A stretch of DNA of 62,904 nt, the filler included, from Octopus bimaculoides (lineage: Eukaryota): NCBI RefSeq assembly GCF_001194135.2. It is 6 parts of 5 records of this genome, joined end to end, with 100 filler letters (N's around TTAATTAATTAA, not from the genome) between each part and the next. Parts side by side here need not be neighbours in the genome. Positions count along the whole stretch, not along the records: positions 48,074 to 62,904 come from NC_068996.1; 5 more parts are not named here. The stretch is one strand, 5' to 3'. Numbering within the stretch: position 1 is the first letter of the stretch; each line of letters begins with the position of its first letter. The notes beneath the pieces were generated by a model. The model did no database searches. It was given only the letters and a program-made list of their open reading frames with translations, and was not told where the DNA came from. Shown piece by piece: positions 55,135 to 62,904 of this stretch. A program made the translations under genes and the position numbers.

Positions 55135-55755
55135 GCCAGCAATTTTGGCGGATGGATTAAGTCGATTACATCAACCCCAGTGCTCAACTGGTTCTTATTT
55201 TATCGACTCCGAAAAGCTAAGTCGTTCCCGGTAGCATTTGAACTAAGGGCGTAAAATCGGAAGAAATGCTTCTAAGCAATTTTTTTGGCACGGTAACATT
55301 TCTGCTAGCTCACCACTTTTTTAATGTCATTAATATTACAAAAAATGATAAGGCGGTGAGCTAGGAGAATTGTTAGCGTGCCTGACGAAGTGCTTAGTGG
55401 CATTACGTCCGTCTTCACGTTCTTTTTGCGTTCAAATTCCGTGGGGTCGACTTTGCCTTTCACCTTTTAGGAGTCGATAAAATGAGTAGCAACTGAGAAC
55501 TGGGGTCAATATAATCGACTATCCACTTCCCCCAAACTTACTGGCCCCTTGTTCCAAAATTTGAAGCCAATATTGTTTTCTATTCTAGGCACAAGGCCCG
55601 AAATTTTGGGGCAGGAGGCCAGTCGATTAGATCGACGCCAGTGTGACTGATACTTAATTTATCGACCACGAAGGATGAAAGGGAAAGTCTACCTCGGCGG
55701 AATTTGAACCCAGAACTTAAAGACAGATGAAATACCGCTAATCATTTCGCCCGGT
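55135..55755. mobile_element. Cluster of three SINE family B copies (-, +, -)
   Basis: Approximately 55135-55318 (-), 55350-55572 (+) and 55575-55755 (-). Confidence 0.8.
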
Positions 55756-56224
55756 ATTTTTGAAACCTACATTGCAAAATATAATCTAGATGTGTTACCT
55801 TTACGACGCTTTTACAATTCCTGGTTTTAGCTGTGTCACTTTAGGCATGTATTTATGATTATTCTTTATCAATGTGTCCATACGTGATTCGTGGTTACGA
55901 TTATTTTCTATCAATGTGTCTACTCCTGATTCGTGAGGAAATCAATTACACGCGTATGTTCGCAACTTAGACTCATGCATCAAAGTCATGTTCGATCGTA
56001 ACTTCGAAATTCACTTTCTATTTATTTACATTCCTAAATTACTTGAGAAAAATTATGTCTGCCCCATCCCGTAGATATTTCTATCTATGTATTTTCAACT
56101 TGTATGCAACAGAAACCTCGTTATCAATAGGAGAAAAATGAAGGTAAAGAGGAAATAGACAAACGAAAAGCAACATGAATAGGGATAAAAATAAATTACT
56201 AGCTTAAAAGAGTAGGAACAAATA

Positions 56225-56420
56225 TAAAGAAAGAGAGAGGGGAGAGAGAGAGAGAGAGGGGGTATGAGAGAGAGAGAGAGAGGGTATAAGAGAGAGAGAG
56301 AGAGAGGGTATGAGAGAGAGAGAGAGGGTATGAGAGAGAGAGAGAGAGAGGGTATGAGAGAGAGAAAGAGAGAGGGTATGAGAGAGAGAAAGAGAGAGGG
56401 TATGAGAGAGAGAGAGAAGA
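56225..56420. repeat. (GA)n-GGGTAT compound minisatellite
   Basis: Repeated gagagagagggtatgagagaga. Confidence 0.85.
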
Positions 56421-57099
56421 ATAAATATAGAATTTAAAAGTAGAAAGAATAAAAACAAGAAAACCGAAGAAAGAGACAAAAGAGGAAATGAATGTAAGAA
56501 GAGAATGTGGATTGCGCAGAGGAATTATTATTGAAACACATCACGACTAATTTTGGTTTCTAAGTCATATCTCAGAAACAGCTGTGCTTGTTTTGAAATT
56601 CCATCCGGGGCGTATATTTGCTACAGCTTGGGCTACGAAAAATCCAAAATCCCCCGCAAAAAACGACAATATAAATAAAGTGATAATATGAAAAATAGAA
56701 AAATAAAAAGGGCATTGATTAAGAAAAAGAGGATGCGAAATAAATAGATGTTAAAAACAGTCGGAAGAACAGGAAAAAGACTTGACAGCCCGTAAAAAAA
56801 ATTAAGTTCGATACCACCGACAAGGCTGTATGATGGAGAGAAACAAACACGAAGAGAGGAACGGAAATATGGGACACAAAGAAGTGAAGAATAAATATAT
56901 ATAAAGAAGAATAAAGGGCTGAAGAATAGCTAAGAATAATTGAAGGCAAAGATAATGGATGATGCATCAGAAAATAATTAGGCTGGTAGCCAAAAAGAAA
57001 AAGAAAGAAAATGGAAAGAAAAGCAAGTAAAATAAGAAAGATATTGCGATATATAGCGAAGATGTATATGAGGTAAATCATTGCATAGCTAGCAACCAA

Positions 57100-60000
57100 A
57101 TTACGTAGATAAATGGTACACAGCAATTTTTGTTTGCCTTGCGATGCCATGCTGGGACCAGACACGAGATTGAAGAAACCGAAAGGAATCAGATGCTCTC
57201 TGCAGCCTGAAAGATATTTCATCATCCAGGGAGCAAGAACGGCTTAGTGTGCTGACCAGATAGACAAACTTGTCTACCATTTTCAGTATTGTTCCTTCAA
57301 CCAAGATAGATGGTTTCACAGATGGATTTCCTGGTGCAGGCTGGAACATTACAACAGTCTTGTCCAGGCTAATGCTGAGTCCAAATTCCTTCCAAGAAAC
57401 AGAAATACAATTCATAAGTATTTGCATGTCATCCACTATATGAGTGACTAAGGAATTCACGAATACGAGACTGGAAAACTTTTGAAATGGCAGCAAATCG
57501 GCCCAGATTAAAGAAGCGGTAAGGAGATCGATGCCTGACATATTTTCTCAGAGAGCTAACCTTAGCAAAAACATGAGCAAAGTACAGAAAAAAAGATAGT
57601 TGGGGCAAGGATGTCACCCTGCTTGACACCATTCTCTATAGGAATGGGTCCCGTCATGCCACCACCAACATTGACCCACGCCTCCATTCCATCATGAAAT
57701 GATTTAATTATGGATACAGAGTGATTCAGACATCCCAGTTTGCCAAGTATTTTCTATAGCACGGCCCTATTTACAGTATCAAAGGCCTTTGTTAAATCAA
57801 TGAATACCTGGACAAGATCCATACTCTGCTCATAGCACTTCTCCTGCATCTGTCTTGCTGTGAAAATCATATCCATTGACCCTCTACCAGATTGGAAGTC
57901 ACACTGAAAGTCAGATAGGACATCATTTACGAGACATCCATTCAGGCGGATAAGAAGTATATTTGCCAGGACCTTACCAGCAGCTGCTAGAGCAATAATT
58001 CTGTAGTTACCACACATTATTCTGGCTCCTTTTCCTTTATAGAGAGGAAGAATAATTGCGTCCTTCCTATCCTTAGGCATTGCACCATACTGCCAGACTA
58101 CACTAATAAGTTCGTGAAGGGACTGTATCATGTAATCACCACCAAATCACAAATCCTTAGCACTAATTCTATCCCTTCCAGGTGCCCTACCAAGATTCAA
58201 TTTATATATTGCTGTTATTACCTCATCTATTGAGGGTGTGAAATTTAAAACGCCAATGATAGGTCTTTGTTGCATAGTATCAATCACTGTTTTATCCATA
58301 ACTGACTCATGGTTCAGGAGTTCAGAGAATTGTTCAATCCAGCGACCTGTGATTTCTGTTGATTTAGTTAATAGAGTAGAAGACTTTTTGGAAAGTAAAG
58401 AAGCTCATGCAGTGTTATTAGGCCCATAAACTTGCTTCGTAAGATGGTAAAGCTTCTTGCTGTCATTTGCATCAGCAGCAGCCTGAACATCACGAGCAAG
58501 ATTCTCCCACCATGTGTTCTGCATCTTCCTGAGAGATCGCTGCAGCAGTGATTTTACACTGTTATAGTGGGCAAGTGCTAGATTTCGCTGTACAGCTGAA
58601 AGTCCTCTGTGCAGCAATACATTGTGGGCATGGCACTTTACAACCAATAGTCGCTGAACTTCAGCATCATTTTCATCAAACCAGTCTCTGTGTCTGGCAG
58701 TAGCATATCCCAGTGTTTCAGCAAGACATTGAAGAACCTAGTCTTGAAAAATATTCCCATACTGTAGTATTTTTAATGCTGGACAAGCGAGTCTGAAGTT
58801 CTTTCCTCAACACAGCATCATATATCTTGTGGATATTCAGACGCTGAAGAATGCCCACTGGCCTTCTTCTCACTTTCACTCTAATCATCATCCGGAGCTT
58901 TGCTCGCACCAGACTGATCTGTCCAGCATACCGATCCATGAAAGGACTTGAAATATCATAGATGTCACGCTTGTGGATGATGACATAATCCAGCAAGTGC
59001 CAAACTTTAAACCTTGGATGCATCTACGTTGTTGCGTGATCACCTTTATGCATAAAATGAGTGCTTGCAATGTAAATTCCATGTTCATTCCAAAGCTCCA
59101 GCAGCATGAGGCCATTCCTATTCATTTTCCCTACACCAAAACGTCTTAGAGAGTTCCATGTTTGCCAGTCTGTTCCAACCCTGGCATTAAAATCCCCTAG
59201 TAAAATGACTTTATCAGAATTGGAGATTTTCCTAAGTATGGCTCTCAGCTGGACATAAAAAATAGTTTTATCTTCATCACAACTGGTGAAAGTAGGTGCT
59301 TATTGGAGTAGCAAACCACCTACTTTTCAGGTGAAATCGTAGAGACATTAAACGTTCATTTATAGGAACAGGAAGCTCCTCCCACTCCTTCTGCCTCTCC
59401 TTCCAAAAAAAAAAAAAAGGTGTATCCACTTCNNNNNNNNNNGCCTCTCCTTCCAAAAAAAAAAAAAAGGTGTATCCACTTCCTACTTCCTCAAGCTGAC
59501 CATCACCTTGTATTCTATACGAGTCTCTGAAAGAAATGCAGTGTGTGTCTTTCAGGCCTACAATCACTCTTGTTATCCAACAGATTGCGTACATTCCAAC
59601 ATGAAATGTTCAAGTTTCATCTAGATTGTGTAAAAAAAAGTCTTTGTTTTTCGAGCGCAGGGTGGACATCCGTCAGTCGCGCTAAACTGACCAGGTATAG
59701 AAAGACAGGCAATTTTTGGTTCAGCTTTTCTAGAACCTCCTCGGTCTCTAGGGGAGCAATTCCCTCCTTCAAATGTTCTGCTCAGACACCCATGCTGCAA
59801 CTGAATCCTATCAGTCTTGGGTGACAAGGAGACGACTTTAGATCTAGCATAGGCCGCCTACGTGCAGGTCACTGACTATATGTCAACAATGCCTGTGCAG
59901 AATTTTAGGTCCAATAAGGCTTACAAGACACCTCATAGAATCTCTCCACTCTATTGACATTATCTAGAGACAAGGTGTCTGGTGCCTGGAGACGAGGTGT

Positions 60001-60220
60001 CTAGTGCCAATATGAATCGCAGGCTCAGAGATGTAGAAGCGCTATGATCTCTAGCATAAACCAAGATCCCCAAGATGTCTAATGACGTTCCTCTGCATAT
60101 TTGGTTTTATATCAGAGTGACCGTCTCCTAGAGACATGCTTCAACAGAAGCTGAGGAGTGCCTCACTCATAGTGGTCTTCTAGCACTTCGGATATCATCC
60201 CGGAATTTCTGCGTACCCAT
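57100..60220 (-). mobile_element. RTE (BovB-like) LINE, 5' and central part (APE endonuclease and RT), degenerate
   Basis: APE: DKVILLGDFNARVG and MHPRFKVWHLLDYVI. RT: ILPLYKGKG...CGNYRII, DMIFTARQMQEKCYEQ...FIDLTKAFDTV and FGLSISLDKT. The 5' UTR extent is uncertain. Confidence 0.9.
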
Positions 60221-60234
60221 GCNNNNNNNNNNTC

Positions 60235-60578
60235 TTATGTAATCGACTCCGAAAGGATGAAAGGCAAAGTCGACCTCGGCGGAATTTGAAGTCAGAACGT
60301 AGCTGCAGACGAAATGCTGCCATGCATTTCGCCCGACGTGCTAACGTTTCTGCCAGCTCACCACATTATTCAGTAGTAATATTAATAATTGATGTATGCA
60401 TTTAATTCAGCGTGTTGGCAGAATCGTTAGCATTTTCCGGGTTCAAATTCCGCCGTGGTTGACTTAGCCCGTCATCCTTTCGATGTCAATAAAATATGTA
60501 CCAGTTTCATACTGAGGTCGATGTAATCGACTTTCCACCCTCACCTAAACCTGCTGGCCTTGTGACAATTTGAAATCA
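60235..60578. mobile_element. Two SINE family B copies, head to head (-, +)
   Basis: Approximately 60235-60365 (-) and 60405-60578 (+). Confidence 0.75.
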
Positions 60579-60825
60579 ATGTTAAGGACGGATGTGTACA
60601 TTAAAGTCTCCATTTCCCTCGGTCGCCAGTGGGCAAGTACATCAGTTATGTGTGTGCGTGTGTAGGTGCGGACGTGCTATGTTTGCTTTCCAAGAACCTG
60701 TCTCCGTATTCAGTCCCACTCATAGCACCTTGGACAAGTGTCTTCTACTATAACCTCGGGCCGACCAAAGCCTTGTCAATGGATTTGGTGGATGGAAGCT
60801 GAAACAAGCCCGTCGATAGATATAC

Positions 60826-60872
<47 letters not shown>

Positions 60873-61635
60873 TATATATATATATGTATATATATAAATA
60901 CTCAAGCACATGTATGTATCTGTCCTTGACATTTGGTTTCTTAGCCTTCCTGTCAATCATTTTGTTTGTATATTCATCAACTTACCTCTCACTTCTTTAA
61001 TGACGTATGAGACATCAGATCGACGCCGACCTCTGGTGTCTTCCTTGAGAAGCTCTTCATGTTCTCACTATGTGTTTGTTGTTGTCTGCTTGCCGATAAA
61101 CTGCTTTTGCGTCATCAGTCCTCTCTCTGCTCGTGCGATCTTCCTTGACGAGGCTTACCCGGATGACTGCCGAATTGCTGACTGTAAAGATGACCATGTT
61201 TAAGTTATCGCTGATGTAAAGTATATATATGATAACGTTCATTGTCTCTATGCCTATTTATTTATCTCTCGCAGACTCACTACACACAAACACAATGTCT
61301 GCACATACATTTGACACTGACGCACTTTCGCATACACATGCATACACACACACATAAACAGACAGACACACACATATACACACACAAACATCCATGAATT
61401 GGCATTACAAGTAGAGTTGGTATAGAAACAAATGTAACGAATCATTAAAGATGTTTTAAAAAATGTTCTTTGTCTTCTCGTTTGGATATTTACTCTTCGC
61501 CAACCTCAACTGTATTATCGTCGTGAAACACCTGAGAAATTCTGGCTTTGGCCTGGAATCCGACAGCATTGATAGCCCAGTATTCTGGTCGAGTGCTTCT
61601 CTGGAAATACCCAAACTTTACACATTACCATGAGC

Positions 61636-61705
<70 letters not shown>

Positions 61706-62824
61706 CGACCCTACCATCACCAAATTGGAATGCATTCTCTTCCGCTTCTTGTGGAAAGGAAGCGTTCCGATGGTCAAGGGATCCGTTTGCTGCCAACACC
61801 CGTTGAGGGGAGGGCTGGGTATGCCGTGGTTGATGATGCGCAGACACGCGCTGAGACTGCGATATCTCCGTCTCTACGTAGACGACGGTGAACAACTGTG
61901 ATCGCCGTTTGTGAGGCGCGCTTTCCCGCAACTCGTCTTCATGACCGAACTGCAGTCGTGGATCAAAAAGAGGTCGAGGAAGGGCGAATGGCACCGCGAG
62001 TGTCGCGTTGCTCTTGAGCAACTATACCCTTCCGGGTCGACATTGAGCGCCTGCAACACAACCAAAGCATTCTATAGGGGATTAGTGGAGGGGAGGTACG
62101 ACGACGATCTCGGGGTGAACCTGGGCGTCGATGAGGAATACCTGATCCGCCTGTTCAAGACGATTTTTGAGCCGGAACCTATTGACAACTTCCAGAGATC
62201 CCTGGCCTGGCAGTGCTACCGAGAAGCGTTACCCGTTCGGAATAAGCTATACAGGCATGGCTCGAGAAACACGAGGCCGACTTGCATGAGATGCGGTCAC
62301 AGCGACGAAACCATTCTGGCTATGGCGAGAGAATGTGTATGGTGGACGCGTCTGAAAGGTCTAGAGACAAACACTTTATTCTCTCGTAAATCTCTCATGA
62401 ACTTCTTGGAGTATCACTTGCAGACGAAGGTGAGAGTACAGAGGCAAGTTTTGTCTCGTGAATATTTCAATAAAAGATGGATAAATGTTGCAAGGATAGC
62501 ACATGTGAATGACGAAAAGAAAGAGAAAACAGAGTCACTTATTGTAATGTTTTTTGCATGACAGTATTTCCCGAGGTTACCGTTGTCTTTTCCAAAGGCT
62601 TTTCTTTCCACGAATAAACTTAATCTGTTTCCCCTTTTACATTATGACATTTCCGTGATAAACGATCCCTATTGATCGGCTTCTTTTTTCTTTTTTTTTT
62701 CATTCTTTCCACGATCTCTTTTGATCGAATTTCTACTCCCACCTTTTTTTTTCTCTCTACCCAAAAAGAAAAGCTCTACTTTGTATTTTGTCTCTGTGTT
62801 CAGCCCTGTGTGGCCAATAATGAA

Positions 62825-62826
<2 letters not shown>
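61706..62826 (+). mobile_element. Tx1/L1-clade LINE, 5'-truncated, inserted in (CTAT)n
   Basis: DPTITKLECILFRFLW...GGLGMP, zf-RVT-like FQRSLAWQCYREALPVRNKLYRHG...TCMRCG...ET, T-rich 3' UTR; (CTAT)n at 61637-61705 and 62826-62888. Confidence 0.9.
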
Positions 62827-62890
<64 letters not shown>

Positions 62891-62904
62891 ATATATATAT
62901 ATAT

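Overview
This is eukaryotic, AT-rich and microsatellite-dense genomic DNA. It is very likely from an octopod cephalopod (Octopus-like), an inference from the recurring SINE families and repeat content. The only recognisable host gene is a 10-exon, in-frame, 614-codon internal segment of an ABCC10/MRP7-like ABC transporter on the minus strand (19293->3968; end of TMD1, NBD1, linker, first part of TMD2). Its 5' and 3' exons were not found. The window is six pieces joined by artificial 100-nt spacers (44 N + TTAATTAATTAA + 44 N), and the gene fragment sits entirely inside one CpG-depleted piece. The rest is retroelement landscape: an internally deleted Gypsy element with 349-bp LTRs, a tRNA-Trp PBS and a 4-bp TSD; RTE, R4/Dong-like, Tx1/L1 and CR1/Jockey-like LINE remnants; several tRNA-derived SINE families; a mariner remnant; and a MITE with a nested SINE. 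The most interesting signals are (i) a tRNA-headed SINE-like element carrying a Penelope-type minimal hammerhead ribozyme motif, (ii) a Tx1-clade LINE embedded in (CTAT)n whose 3' end is shared with a SINE subfamily, (iii) a stack of R4/Dong-like elements in (TAA)n tracts, and (iv) a 72-bp-arm near-perfect palindrome. No CRISPR array, rRNA or functional tRNA gene was seen. All translations, alignments and counts were done by eye without database searches, and family names are from recalled motifs.
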